DNA of 63,433 nt, filler included, from Psammoneis japonica (Eukaryota): assembly GCA_008632985.1 (NCBI GenBank). It is 3 parts of 3 records of this genome, joined end to end, with 100 filler letters (N's around TTAATTAATTAA, not from the genome) between each part and the next. Parts side by side here need not be neighbours in the genome. Positions count along the whole stretch, not along the records: positions 25,969 to 51,215 come from QPGO01000429.1; positions 51,316 to 63,433 come from QPGO01000461.1; 1 more part is not named here. One strand, given 5' to 3'. The notes under the pieces were generated by a model. That model was not told where the DNA came from, made no database searches, and was given only the letters and a program-made list of their open reading frames with translations. Numbering within the stretch: position 1 is the first letter of the stretch; each line of letters opens with the position of its first letter. Of this stretch, positions 47,467-60,029 are shown in pieces. The position numbers were made by a program, and so were the translations under genes.

Positions 47467-49587
47467 TCACTGGACGTAAAGCTCCGGAAGCTTGAAAAAG
47501 AGCTTGAACGGTTGGTTGGAGGAGGGGGTTGAGTGATAACTCGTTTCTTTTGGAAAGTACTTTTTCACCAAGGTTTCAAATTCATGCAATGATATGGTGC
47601 CACTCCCGTCTTCATCAAGCTCACGTAACAACTCCCCAATGTCTTCCAGCGTAAAGCCCAAGGAAAAGGCTTCGAGCGTCTCCTTAAACTCTGATGTGGT
47701 GATCTCTCCACTGCCATCGGCATCAAATATCTCAAACAACACCTCTGCCTTCTCTTTTGGGGTTGGCATGGTTTTATCCTGGACGACACATTGCTCATAA
47801 AAGATAATGAATTCATCTTTGCTCACAAATCCGTCCCCGTCTATGTCAAGCTCTTGGACAATCTTTTTGGACATTTCCACGGTGATGGGAATGCCAAGTT
47901 TGTTGAGCAAACCTGCGAACTCTTTGGGCTCCAAAACCCCGTCACTGTTTTTATCGAGAGCATTAAACGTCCGTTCCACCTCCCTGGATGTCAGGGTCGA
48001 CAAACTTCTCGTGGAATCACCAATGGGTTTATCCTTGTAAGTGCTTGTAGCATCTTGGCGTTCCTTAATAGCGGATTCCACAGAGCAAAGAACCTTGCGC
48101 AAGACCAGAAACGCCCGAATCATAGCCTCCACCTTTTGATCGCGAATGACGTTGGCCACGGCGTCGTGTTTCCGAAGGTAGCCAATCGATGAGACTTGTG
48201 TTATACTAGACACCAAGCTCTTTGCAATACGTGTCCAGAGTAGAAACGGAGCAGCAGCCAAGACTGCATACAAGACTGATGGCACAACCGGCTCGTGTGA
48301 AAACATGTATGGGAAATATACAAGCACCAGCATGGCCCAATAGATTCCCGTAAAGACGAGATTGATCTGAAGAATAATCAAGTATGCTTCGGGTCCATGC
48401 TCTTGAAACCAAAAGAGCATTTGTTGTCTGTTCCGTTTCTTGGAGTGCTCCCTGTCCATTGGTATTCTACACCATGCCGGTAGCTGCGCTTCGGATACCA
48501 GTAGGTGCGTATCTTCAAGGGCGTTGGAGTGCGTATCGGAGATTTTCCATCCCATTGCTTGCTTGATCGTACAAAGGTGATGATGAAAGAAGCAACAAAA
48601 CAGAAAAGCAAACCACTCAACTGCTACCCACGCCCAAGACAGGGCCGCTTTATTGTGCTGAACAAGGGTGCCAAATCCATAAAACAAAACCGAAAAGGCT
48701 ACAAAGGACAGCCACGTGGGCAAGTGAACTTCGACAATGTGGCCCAAGGTCTTTTCGAGACATCTCGAGAGGTACATGGAAAAGTTAAATGAAGACTCGA
48801 GGCGCTGGTCTTTGTCTTTGGGAAGAAAAGGGGGGTCGAGCTGACGTTCCAACACAAATTCTTTGCGAAGCCCATAATACAACAAGAGCTGATCTTTTCC
48901 GCCTACCTCTGGGAAGAAAAACTTGTATACACCAGACCTAAATGTCTTTGGCTTTGCAGCTTCTTCCTTTGCAATCCTTTCTGCTAGACTTGGCTCATGA
49001 CAAAGCTGGCAAATCGCTTGCCACTCTTTTTCAATGAGCTTTGCTTGCTTGATCAATACCGCCACGGAAAACATATAAATCACCATGATCAAGAACAAAC
49101 TAAAGTGAATAATCTCGAAACTTTCCTGCAACTCTTGTTGGTCCCCAAAAATAAAGTTGGATAGTTGTGAAAAGACTCCCGTTTGGACCACACAAAAGGT
49201 GCACAAGCTGAGAAATCCTAAAACTGTCATTTCTCCAAAAAGCGCATCCACCACCTTTTCAAAGCGCTTGCTTGCCGCATGTTCGAGTTGGTGTCTTATG
49301 AGCTCGAATCCAATAGAACAGCCAATCAAGACAAGGACAATCACGATACCCACAGTTGCATCTAAATTATCATTTTCTTCTTCTCCTTCTTCTGTTTCAT
49401 TGTATTGAAGGCCTTCGTCGTGTGTTGATTCTGTGCCATTAAGATACGGAAGACTCGACAAAGCTTGGTCGGAATCACTCCACGTTGAGTCGATTGTTTT
49501 TGGAGCAAAAAGAAAATGAGGAACAAAATGTCCCGCCACCACACCAAACAGGAAAATCACCCATGTGGGAACGGAAAGCACTGTCAT
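47467..49587 (-). CDS. MLO-like multi-pass membrane protein with four C-terminal EF-hands
   Basis: Intact 706 aa. FGEMTVLGFLSL (resembles MLO ELMLLGFISL), FNFSMYL and LFWF..GP. EF loops DKNSDGVLEPKE, DIDGDGFVSKDE, DADGSGEITTSE and DEDGSGTISLHE. Confidence 0.8.
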   Translation of the reverse strand: MTVLSVPTWVIFLFGVVAGHFVPHFLFAPKTIDSTWSDSDQALSSLPYLNGTESTHDEGLQYNETEEGEEENDNLDATVGIVIVLVLIGCSIGFELIRHQLEHAASKRFEKVVDALFGEMTVLGFLSLCTFCVVQTGVFSQLSNFIFGDQQELQESFEIIHFSLFLIMVIYMFSVAVLIKQAKLIEKEWQAICQLCHEPSLAERIAKEEAAKPKTFRSGVYKFFFPEVGGKDQLLLYYGLRKEFVLERQLDPPFLPKDKDQRLESSFNFSMYLSRCLEKTLGHIVEVHLPTWLSFVAFSVLFYGFGTLVQHNKAALSWAWVAVEWFAFLFCCFFHHHLCTIKQAMGWKISDTHSNALEDTHLLVSEAQLPAWCRIPMDREHSKKRNRQQMLFWFQEHGPEAYLIILQINLVFTGIYWAMLVLVYFPYMFSHEPVVPSVLYAVLAAAPFLLWTRIAKSLVSSITQVSSIGYLRKHDAVANVIRDQKVEAMIRAFLVLRKVLCSVESAIKERQDATSTYKDKPIGDSTRSLSTLTSREVERTFNALDKNSDGVLEPKEFAGLLNKLGIPITVEMSKKIVQELDIDGDGFVSKDEFIIFYEQCVVQDKTMPTPKEKAEVLFEIFDADGSGEITTSEFKETLEAFSLGFTLEDIGELLRELDEDGSGTISLHEFETLVKKYFPKETSYHSTPSSNQPFKLFFKLPELYVQ

Positions 49588-50040
49588 TGCCTTTGATACT
49601 CATCAAACGCGGCAAATGCGATTCGCTAGAGAGGCCACTGGAGATATACTGTAGGTAGCAACGAGACGGGGAGAAGGTTCAACGGTCTCAACGAATAATC
49701 AGAGCATTGCAAAAGAGCGGAACGATGAGCGGAAGTTGTGGCGGTGGCGGCGGGGGATGGCAAGAATCTGAACACGTCATCACTGCCATTGCTTCCATGA
49801 CGTGGGTTTCTTCAATGGGCACTTATTAGTTTTACTGTATTCAGTATTTTAATATCTCATTTGTCTTCTTTTTTTATCGAGCTCTTGGAGCGAGCTCGAG
49901 ATCCAGGATCTTTCTTTCGCACAAACGAAGAGACGGCTGAGCATATCCGCAAAAATTGCATCCTTGCTGATTGTGATGTCGTTCCAAGCAGCGTGATACT
50001 CATTTCTGTAGCTGCAATCTGCTCGTTTGGAAACAGTGTC

Positions 50041-51215
50041 ATGCCTCTCGGGATCTCCTTGAGTGAGTTTCTCTTCGTTTTGCTGCATTGGCAGCGATGG
50101 TGTTTAGGAAATGTTCCAGTACCGTTTTCTCACGTTACTTTCATGTTTTCGTCTCTCTCTTTCACTCCATAGACTCGAACATTTTTCAAGCAGGCTCCAT
50201 ACTGGAGGGAAGTGTCTACTTTGACATTAACAAGGAAGTGTCGGCGAAAGAATGCGTTGCTCTGCTGGAAGGATACGAAATCGCAAAGGTGGAATACGAA
50301 GACGTACACCAATCATCTGGCGACACGCAACAGCAAGATCGTCACACGCGTATGGCAGAAGCGACACGACGATTGATTCAAATGAATATACCGCTTGACA
50401 ATGACATGATTGTAAACAATAGGATCCAGGCAGGAAGGTACCAGATGAAGTTTCAAGTGAATTTGCCAGAGGGGTTACCATCGTCCATGGAGGCTACTGG
50501 GCGTTCGTTTTCTGACCAATGTAGTATTGCCTATGAAATACGTGCGCAGCTAAAAGGGTCTGGATGGATAAGCGACTACAAAGCCAAGCAACCAGTGACA
50601 ATTGTGGCGAAGCCCCTGCAAAAGGAAACGCTGCCTTTTCGCGGAGAGCCCGTTGAGAAACAAGTCCGCTCGTGTTGTTGCTGGAATCGAGGCCAGATTC
50701 TCTTTGGAGCACGCGTCCAAGATACCATGTTGGACAAGGGAGAGAGTGTGAAAGTTTGTGTGTCTTGCAAGAATCACACCAACACTGCAGTGACTGCCAT
50801 CCAAGCAACCCTCCAAGAAACACTCGAATGGTCTGCGCAGAGCCACCGCGAATTTAAAGTTCGTACACTAGCGACGGTCGACTTTCCCCAGTTTTCTTGG
50901 GAAACCGCATCCACTACAAGCAGCATGGAGGAACTTCAAGAAATTCAAAAGGAGCTGGAGAATGGCACGCACTCTGGTACGGTCGTAATGCCGACGGTAA
51001 GACCAATGTCTTCTCTGCGGGTCCTTGCTTACCTGGAGCTCGCCCTTATCGTTTTCGCGTTTTGCATTTCAAACCATGTTTGACAGGACGCTTATGACAC
51101 ATTTGCAGGAAAACTCATTTCGTGTCAACACACAATCAAGATTGTGGTCAAGACAGGTTGTTGCATTGACAATCCCGAGATTGAAATCCCCGTGAAAGCC
51201 GGACCCGTTCAAAAC
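50041..51215 (+). CDS. Arrestin-domain (alpha-arrestin-like) protein, truncated by the contig end
   Basis: AGSILEGSVYF, LEGYE, GRYQMKFQVNLPEGLPSS, CSIAYEIRAQL and CCWNRGQI. Intron at about 50997-51086. The start is approximate. Confidence 0.75.
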
Positions 51216-51315
51216 NNNNNNNNNNNNNNNNNNNNNNNNNNNNNNNNNNNNNNNNNNNNTTAATTAATTAANNNNNNNNNNNNNNNNNNNNNNNNNNNNN
51301 NNNNNNNNNNNNNNN
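51216..51315. other. Artificial contig linker (N-TTAATTAATTAA-N)
   Basis: Same structure as 25869-25968. Confidence 0.95.
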
Positions 51316-52436
51316 TGTTATTTCCTTGAAATACATGTTTGTTTTCCTTGAAATGGCTTGTTTGTTTTCCTTGAAACGACATGTTTGTTTTCCTTGAAAA
51401 CACACATTTGTTTTCCTTGAAACGACAGATGCGTTCCAGGTCTAGGTGGGACCTCGCACTGCTGAACTGTGACATTGACAGTTTTTTGAATCGCGTCGTA
51501 TGTCGTGCACGCACATTTCTACGTGATTGTGGCGAAATTTTGTGTGATTTTACAGCGCAATTGTCAGGCCATGCATTGACCAACTTTTGACATTTTTTTC
51601 TTCTGCGCCATTCTCGAGTGTCTTGAGAATGGCGCAGGGCAGGCGTGTTGTCCAAAACTTCGAGCACCTGCATGGACAGATGTGCCACAAACTTGGCCGT
51701 TTTTTTCATGTTGAAGACAAACATGTCCATCAACCAGAGTGCGAACTGCAGAGCTCGCAGAATTCCACGGGGCAAATGTCACAAAAAGCCCCACCTGGGG
51801 CTGGAACCCGTTGACATGTTTGTTTTCCTTGAAACCACATGTTTGTTTGCATGTTTGTTTTCCTTGAAACCACACATTTGTCTCACTTGAAAACAATGGG
51901 TTCCAGTCCTGGATGGGACTCCATGTGACATTGGGCCCACAGAATTCTGCGTGCGAGCTCCGCAGTGTGAGAATTTGACCAATGGGTGTGTTTGTCTTCA
52001 ACATCAAATGAGCTGCCAAGTTTGTGGTGCAATTGTTCCTCTTGCCACTCGACGTTTTTGCAGGTGCGCCTGCCCTGTGCGACTCTCAAGACATTGTAGA
52101 ATCGCGCTGCAACAAAAAATGTCAAAAGTTGTTGGACAGATCGCTCAATGAATGCACCGTAAAATGACAAAAAATGTCAAAAAAATCACGCAGAAATCTG
52201 CGTGCGCAACATGCGACGTGATTAAAAAAACTGTCGATGTCACAGTTCAGCAGTGCGAGGTCCCACCTGGACCTGGAGCACGTCTGTCATCGTCTCAAGT
52301 GGTGAGCTGCAGTGTCTCGAGTGCTCAACATCCAGTCTTGAGTGGCAGGCGCCATCTTGAGTGGGGCCCCTGGCAAATTTTGTCTCTGTTGGCTCTGTGC
52401 TGTCTCGAGTGGCAAACATCCAATGTCCAATCTGAC

Positions 52437-53120
52437 GTTTTCCTTGAAAACACATGTTTGTTTTCCTTGAAACGACATGTTTGTTGTCCTTGAAAAGACA
52501 TTTTTTTTTCCCCTTGAAACAACATGTTTGTTTTCCTTGAAACGACATGTTTGTTTTCCTTGAAAAGACATGTTTGTTTTCCTTGAAACAACATGTTTGT
52601 TTTCCTTGAAACAACATGTTTGTTTGCATTGAAAAGGCATGTTTGTTTTCCCTGAAAAGACATGTTTGTTTTCCTTGAAACGACACGATTGTTTTTCTTG
52701 AAATGACACATTTGTTTTCCTTGAAAAGACATGTTTGTTTTCCTTGAAAAGACATGTTTGTTTTCCTTGAAACCACATGTTTGTTTTCTTTGAAATGACA
52801 AGTTTGTTTTCCTTGAAAAGACATGTTTGTTTTCCTTGAAATGACACGTTTGTTTTCCTTGAAAAGACATGTTTGTTTTCCTTGAAACGAAATGTTTGTT
52901 TTCCTTGAAAATGCACGCTTGTTTTCCTTGAAACGACACTTGTTTTCCCAGAAAAGACATGGTTGTTTTCATTGAAACCACATGTTTGTTTTCCTTGAAA
53001 TGCCACATTTGTTTTCCTTGAAAAGACATTTTTTTCCCTTGAAGCGACGTGTTTGTTTTCCTTGAAACGACATGTTTGTTTTCCTTGAAAAGACATGTTT
53101 GTTTTCAAGACATGTTTGTT
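52437..53120 (+). repeat. 23-bp satellite array, consensus ACATGTTTGTTTTCCTTGAAA(NN)
   Basis: Directly visible. Translations repeat every 23 aa (3 x 23 bp). Shorter patches occur at 51316-51425 and 51813-51890. Confidence 0.95.
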
Positions 53121-53864
53121 TGACCTTGACATTGAAGTCTTCTCTGCAGACAAGCCCAAGTCCCGCTCTGGCACTCAACTCACCTTGCGCGTGCAAAAGC
53201 ACCCTGATTTTCAAGTCAGGGAAAACAACAGAGTGCGCGCTGTTGGGGTCAAACTGGCGAGGGGTGTCGTGGACAGTCAGCTCACTTGCTCACAGTTGGC
53301 TGGGGCACAGCAGGGTGTCAGTCATTCTTTCCCTGAAAAACACAGCCTCGTGGGCTGGCAGTGGGCGTGGCTGTCCATTGGCTGGATCAACCCACATGGC
53401 AGCAGCCACGCAAATGGGGAGATTCCTCATTGGCGCGCGCTCTTCGGAGCAAGGATGCACTGCAGCAGCGTGGTTGCTGACAACAATTTGTTCAATGTTG
53501 CGGAGAAAAATGGAGTGGCTGGCTGTCTCAACATGACCCAAATGACAGCTGCACTGTCGAACAGCAGTGCTCCTCTCATTGTTGCTGGCCTGTTCCAGCT
53601 CCAGGTGCTCTGCTTTTCATCACTCGAGAGGCCGATTTTCTGTGCAGTTTGGCGCATTGACTCCTTCAATTTTGATCATTTCGAAAATCGAAAGGTGAGT
53701 GTACACCCGAAAATGCATGTGAAGTGCACACTCACCCTTTGATTTGGCAAAAAACGGATTTGGAAAAAGTCAATTGCGCCAAATGCACAAATTTCCAAAT
53801 GATGGGAATCGAACCCGCGCGGAGCACCTGGAGCTGGAACAGGCCTGCTGTGAAAAGATCAAGA

Positions 53865-55064
53865 TGTCGTCTCCAGCACCACCGGCAAAGAAGAGAAAGA
53901 AAAATGAGACTGTTGAGCCAATGAGCCTGAGACTTCAGGCAGTGTTGAAGAGAATGGGCACGCAGGCAGCGCACGGTGCGCTGAACCAGAAGTGGAGAAG
54001 GTGGCTGGAAATGATCTCTTTCACAGGTGAAGTTTCTCAGTCCATCAGAATTGGCAAGCAATGGGAGCGTCTCAATGTTTGTCAAGAAACAGATTGCTGG
54101 TGGCAACATGGACACTTCAAATTGGTCAGGAACTTGGGAGAAATGGGCAAAAGAGGCGGCAAAAAGGCAAGTTGACAATCTCAGAAACACGGTGTGTTCG
54201 GCTGTTGGGGCGGAGGCAATGGCCCGCAAGTTGGGTGACCAATGTGTGTGACTCGAGAGTTGCGCGCATCTCGCAAGAAGATGACGGTGATGCTTTGTCT
54301 GTGCAGGCGTTGTTGCCAAGGAAGAGGGAAAGGAAAAAGAAAAGAAACTCAAGGCGGCAGTCAAGAGGAAAAAGCAAGGCAGGAAAAAGTCAAGCCGTGA
54401 CAAGAACGAAAAGAAAGACATCCCGATTGTGCCAACATGGGATCCGCTTGGCCCAGACACTGTCGCTGGCAGCAAACGAAGGAACAAGCAGGCGCGCAAG
54501 TGGTTCTGTGATCACACCCCTGTTTGCAAAAATTGACAAACCAAGGATTGTGCGGCAATGCAATCATGGATTGGCACATGGCAACAAGGTGGAGGCAGAA
54601 ATGGCGATGTGGGCACAGTGAAAAATGGTGCACATGATTCTCAACAAGTTGTCGCGACATTGGCACAGCAAACTTGCAACCAGAGGTTGGCCTGTCATTG
54701 TGCGACAACATTTTTTTGCAACATTTTGACAAATTGTCATCATGCAAATCCACACATTTTAACGTTTCGTGCACTCTGATGCGTGTGTTGTGCACAGCAT
54801 CATTGCACAGCATTTGTCCAACTCTCCCTCTCATCGCAGGATGGGTTGTCGCCATGTGGTGCATCTGCACAGCGGACTTGCGAATTTGACCATGCACTCC
54901 CTCTGTCAGGCAGGATGGGTTGGTGCCATGTGGCGCATCCGGCCAAGGGAGGAGTGGGTTCGAAGCCCAGCCGCCCACCCCGGATGGGGTTGGAAAGGGG
55001 CAGGCCGAGAAAGAAAAGGAGGCTTGGATTTGAGGCCGATTCGAGCCAGCGACCTCAGGAAGCG
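53865..55064 (+). repeat. Complex repeat with an inverted copy at 62231-63433; contains a decayed ORF of unknown type
   Basis: ORF 54061..54621(+) mirrors 62676..63218(-). A ~410-bp sub-unit is tandem at 54781 and 55193 and recurs at about 59685. Confidence 0.9.
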
Positions 55065-55646
55065 CAAAGACTCACAACCACTCAGAATGCTGCACACTGC
55101 CCTGGCGAGTGCAGGAGGTTCTCAACAACCCAACAGGCAAAGAAGTTGCCACTCGGCTGGCTGTTGAGTCCCTTCTCCGCGCACACATTTGGGCGTGTGT
55201 TGTGCGCAGCATCGTCACACAGCATTTGTCCAACTCTCCCTCTCGTCGCAGGATGGGTTGTCACCATGTGGCGCATCCGCACGGAGGACTCACGAATTTG
55301 GCCATGCACTCCCCATGTTGGGCAGGATGGGCCAGCGCCATGTGGCGCATCCGGCCAAGAGAGGAGTGGGCTCGAAGCCCAGCCGCCCACCCTGGATGGG
55401 GTTGAAAAGGGGCGGGCTGAGAAAGAAAAGGAGGCTTGGATTTGAGGCCGATTCAAGCCAGCGACCTCAGGAAGTGCAAAGACTCACAACCACTCAGAAC
55501 ACTGCACACTGTCCTGGCGAGTGCAGGAGGTTCTCAACAACCCAGCAAAGAAGTTGCCACTCGGCCAGCTGTTGAGCCCCTTCTCTGCACACACATTCAG
55601 GCATGTGTTGTGCACAGCATTGTCACACAGCACTTGTCCAACTGAA

Positions 55647-58376
55647 CATGTCCTTTCAAGGAAAACAAACATGTTTTCCTTGAAAAGACATGTTTGTTTT
55701 CTCTAAAAAGACATGTTTGTTTTCCTTGAAATGACACGTTTGTTTTCCTTGAAACAACATGTTTGCTTTCCTTGAAATGACACATTTGTTTTCCTTGAAA
55801 CGACATGTTTGTTTTTCTTCAAATGACATGTTTGTTTTCCTTGAAACCACATGTTCGTTTTCCTTGAAACGACACGTTTGTTTTCCTTGAAAAGACATGT
55901 TTGTTTTCCTTGAAATGACATGTTTGTTTTTCTTTAAAAGACATGTTTGTTTTCCTTGAAACCACATGTTCGTTTTCCTTGAAATGACACTGTTTGTTTT
56001 CCTTGAAAAGACATGTTTGTTTTCTCTGAAACCACATGTTTGTTTTCCCTGAAACGACACATTTGTTTTCCTTGAAAAGACATGTTTGTTTTCCTTGAAA
56101 AAACATGTTTGTTTGCCTTGAAAAGACATGTTTGTTTTCCTTGAAACGACATGTTTGTTTTCCCTGAAACAACATGTTTGGTTTCTTTGAAACCACATGT
56201 TTGTTTTTCTTGAAAACGCATGTTTCATTTCCTTGAAATGACATGTTTGTTTTCCTTGAAACGACATGTTTGTTTTCCTTGAAAAGACATGTTTGTTTTC
56301 CTTGAAAAGACACGTTTGTTTTCCTTGAAAAGACATGTTTGTTTTCACGTTTGTTTTCCTTGAAAAGACACGTTTGTTTTCCTTGAAAAGACATGTTTGT
56401 TTTCCGTGAAACGACATGTTTGTTTTCCTTGAAACGACATGTTTGTTTTCCCTGAAACGACATGTTTGGTTTCTTTGAAACTACATGTTTGTTTTTCTTG
56501 AAAACACATGTTTGTTTTTCTTGAAACGACATGTTTTTTTTCGTTGAAAAGACATGTTTGTTTTCCTTAGAAACACACATTTGTTTTCCTTGAAAAGACA
56601 TGTTTGTTTTCCTTGAGACGACATGTTTGTTTTCTTTGAAAAGACATGTTTGTTTTCCTTGAAATGACTTGTTTGTTTTCCCTGAAACGACATGTTTGTT
56701 TTCCTTGAAACCACATGTTTGTTTTCCTTGAAAACACATGTTTGTTTTCCTTGAAATGACATGTTTGTTTTCCTTGAAAAGACATGTTTGTTTTCCTTGA
56801 AACCACATGTTTGTTTTCCTTGAAAACACATGTTTGTTTTCCTTGAAAAGACATGTTTGTTTTCTTTGAAACAACATGTTTGTTTTTCTTGAAAAAACAT
56901 GTTTGTTTTCCGTGAAACGAAATGTTTGTTTTCCTTGAAACGACATGCTTGTTTTCCTTGAAATGACATGTTTGCTTTCCTTGAAAAGACACCTTTGTTT
57001 TCTTTGAAAACACATGTTTGTTTTCCTTGAAACGACATGTTTGTTTTCCTTGAAATGACATGTTTGCTTTCTTTGAAAAGACACCTTTGTTTTCCTTGAA
57101 AACACATGTTTGTTTTCCTTGAAACCACGTGTTTGTTTTCCTTGAAATGACATGTTTGTTTTCCCTGAAACGACATGTTTGTTTTCCTTGAAACCACATG
57201 TTTGTTTTCCTTGAAAACACATGTTTGTTTTCCATGAAACGACATGTTTGTTTTCCTTGAAACAACACGTTTGTTTTCCTTGAAAACACATGCTTGTTTT
57301 CCTTAAAACGACATGTTTGTTTTCCTTGAAAAAACATGTTTGTTTTCCTTGAAACAACACATTTGTTTTCCATGAAACGACATGTTTGTTTTCCTTGAAA
57401 CCACGTGTTTGTTTTCCTTGAAAACACGTGTTTGTTTTCCTTGAAACGACATGTTTGTTTTCCTTGAAATGACATGTTTGTTTTCCTTGAAAAGACACAT
57501 TTGTTTTCTTTGAAACGAAACGTTTGTTTTCCTTGAAACGGCATGTTTGTTTTCCTTGAAAAGACATGTTTGTTTTCAAGACATGTTTGTTTTCCTTGAA
57601 ACAACATGTTTGTTTTCCTTGAAAAGACATGTTTGTTTTCCATGAAACGACATGTTTGTTTTCCTTGAAACCACGTGTTTGTTTTCCTTGAAAACACATG
57701 TTTGTTTTCCTTGAAACGACATGTTTGTTTTCCTTGAAATGACGTGTTTGTTTTCATTGAAAAGACATGTTTGTTTTCCTTGAAAAGACACACTTGTTTT
57801 CTTTGAAACGAAATGTTTGTTTTCCTTGAAACGGCATGTTTGTTTTCCTTGAAAAGACATGTTTGTTTTCAAGACATGTTTGTTTTCCTTGAAACAACAT
57901 GTTTGTTTTCCTTGAAAAGACATGTTTGTTTTCCTTGAAATGACATGTTTGTTTTCTTTGAAAAGAAATGTTTGTTTTCTTTGAAAAGACATGTTTGTTT
58001 TCCTTGAAACCACATGTTTGTTTTCCTTGAAACCACATGTTTGTTTTCCTTGAAACAACACGTTTGTTTTCCTTGAAGAGATGTGTTTGTTTTCTTTGAA
58101 ATGACATGTTTGTTTTTCTTGAAAATGCACATTTGTTTTCCTTGAAAAGACATGATTGTTTTCCCTGAAACCACATGTTTGTTTTCCCTGAAATGACACA
58201 TTTGTTTTCCTTGAAAAGACACGTTTGTTTTCTTTGAAAAACCATGTTTGTTTTCCTTGAAAAGACATGTTTTTTTCTTGAAAAGACATGTTTGTTTTCC
58301 CTGAAACAACATGTTTGTTTTCCTTGAAACCACGTGTTTGTTTTCTTTGAAAACACATGTTTGTTTTCCTTGAAAC
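55647..58376 (+). repeat. Main 23-bp satellite array (over 110 units)
   Basis: Directly visible. Confidence 0.97.
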
Positions 58377-59580
58377 TGACCAAACACTGCCATGACAGCT
58401 GAGAATTGGGTGCAAGACAAGACAGAGATCGTTGGACAGCATCAACAGGTTCTAGAATTGTGGGATGTTGTGCTGCTGGGGCCGCTGATTTAGCAACAGT
58501 GAACCAATCGCCAATGGCGCACAAACTGCCTGTGTTCGTGACAGCACATCAGCACTCATTCAGCCCCCTTGAACTGACGCTGGCTCCGCTTGGGTCAGAT
58601 TGACAGACAAATGCAACCTGATGCTGCCCCACTCCAGGGCAGCAGCCACATTTTGGGGGTGGGAAGTGCCGCACCTGCGCGGCAAACCCGTTTGGTTTGT
58701 CCCCTTTTGGGGCTCACCACAGGACGTGACTTGTGATTTCCCGGAGCTTCGGTCCAGGCAACAACTTGGTCAGTGCATCTGCCAGATTCGTGCGCCCGTC
58801 TTCCCAAGCAATGCGTGCTGTTCCAGCGGCTTGTGCCTCGCGAGTCCTGTGACAGGCGGCTGCATTGTGCTTCTTCTTCAAAGTGGACTCCGGTTTAGTT
58901 GAGTTCTTGAAGACAGCTTCATTGTCGCAGAAAACATCAGTGGCCCCATCCATGGGGATTCTGAGCATCCAAAGCTTGCAGCGCAAGGCTTCGATTTGCT
59001 CCACTGCAGTCTTCACAGCCACGAACTCCAACCCAAAAGCAGAGGACTCTGTGGCATTCTGCCGCTTGGAGCAATGCAAGATGGGTGCTCATTGGACAAA
59101 TGTCAGGATCCCAGTGTGGGACCTGCGCGTCACATGGCATCCGGCGTGATCAGCGTCGACAAAGCAAGCAGTGGTCACGCTGTTCCCGCGTGCCTCTGGC
59201 ACATTTGGCTGCATTGGCTCAGCCATGCCAGGGTGACATTCTTCCCAATCACACTTGGCAAAGCGACTCTCATCAAAGACGGGCTCAGTGTCGTCGAACA
59301 CTGGCGCAGACTCAGAGCGAGCCTTCAAGCATGCAAAGATGTGGAGCACCTCGCCCAGGTGTCCAACTCATGGTGCCGCCAAGCAGGAGGACATGAGGGG
59401 TGGACGTCCAGATTGTTCCGTTCATGTGGCCGGTCTCCCCCAATGTCATTGTGAGAGACACTGGCCTGATCAGCCAAGCAGCGATGCAGCCGGACTTTGA
59501 CGGTCCTTGGCACACACTGACGCATGCGCGCTCTTCCTCATTTTGCACCATGGCATCAGCAGAAAGTTCCCATCCAAGGG
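58377..59580 (-). mobile_element. 3' fragment of a second Copia family (end of RT, RNase H, PPT, 186-bp LTR) embedded in the satellite
   Basis: CFVDADHAG..RRSHTG, SKRQN, FCDNEAV, KKKHN and NLADALTK. PPT CAAGGGGGC, then LTR TGAATG...TGGTCA at 58562->58377. Confidence 0.9.
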
Positions 59581-60029
59581 ATGTTTGTTTTCCTTGAAAT
59601 GACATGTTTGTTTTCATTGAAACCATGTGCTTGTTTTCCTTGAAATGCAAATCCACACATTTTTGACATTTCGTGCACTCTGATGCGTGTGTTGTGCACA
59701 GCATCATCACACAGCATTTGTCCAACTCTCCCTCTCATCGCAGGATGGGTTGTCTCCATGTGGCGCATCTGCACAGCGGACTTGCAAATTTGACCATGCA
59801 CTCCCTCTGTCAGGCAGGATGGATTGGTGCCATGTGGCGCATCCGGCCAAGGGAGGAGTGGGTTTGAAGCCCAGCCGCCCACCCCGGATGGGGTTGGAAA
59901 GGGGCAGGACGAGAAAGAAAAGGAGGCTTCGATTTTAGGCCAATTCAAGCCAGCAACCTCAGGAAGCACAGCACACATTCAGGCATGTGTTGTGCACAGC
60001 ATCGTCGCACAGCATTTGTCCAGCTGAAC

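Noticed and set aside
55819..57699. Long repetitive ORFs (FQGKQTC/FKENKHV/SRKTNM)
   Set aside because: These are translations of a stop-free satellite strand. All three frames give the same peptide.
55647..58376. CRISPR-like array
   Set aside because: The 23-bp units are head-to-tail with no unique spacers, there are no cas genes, and the context is eukaryotic.
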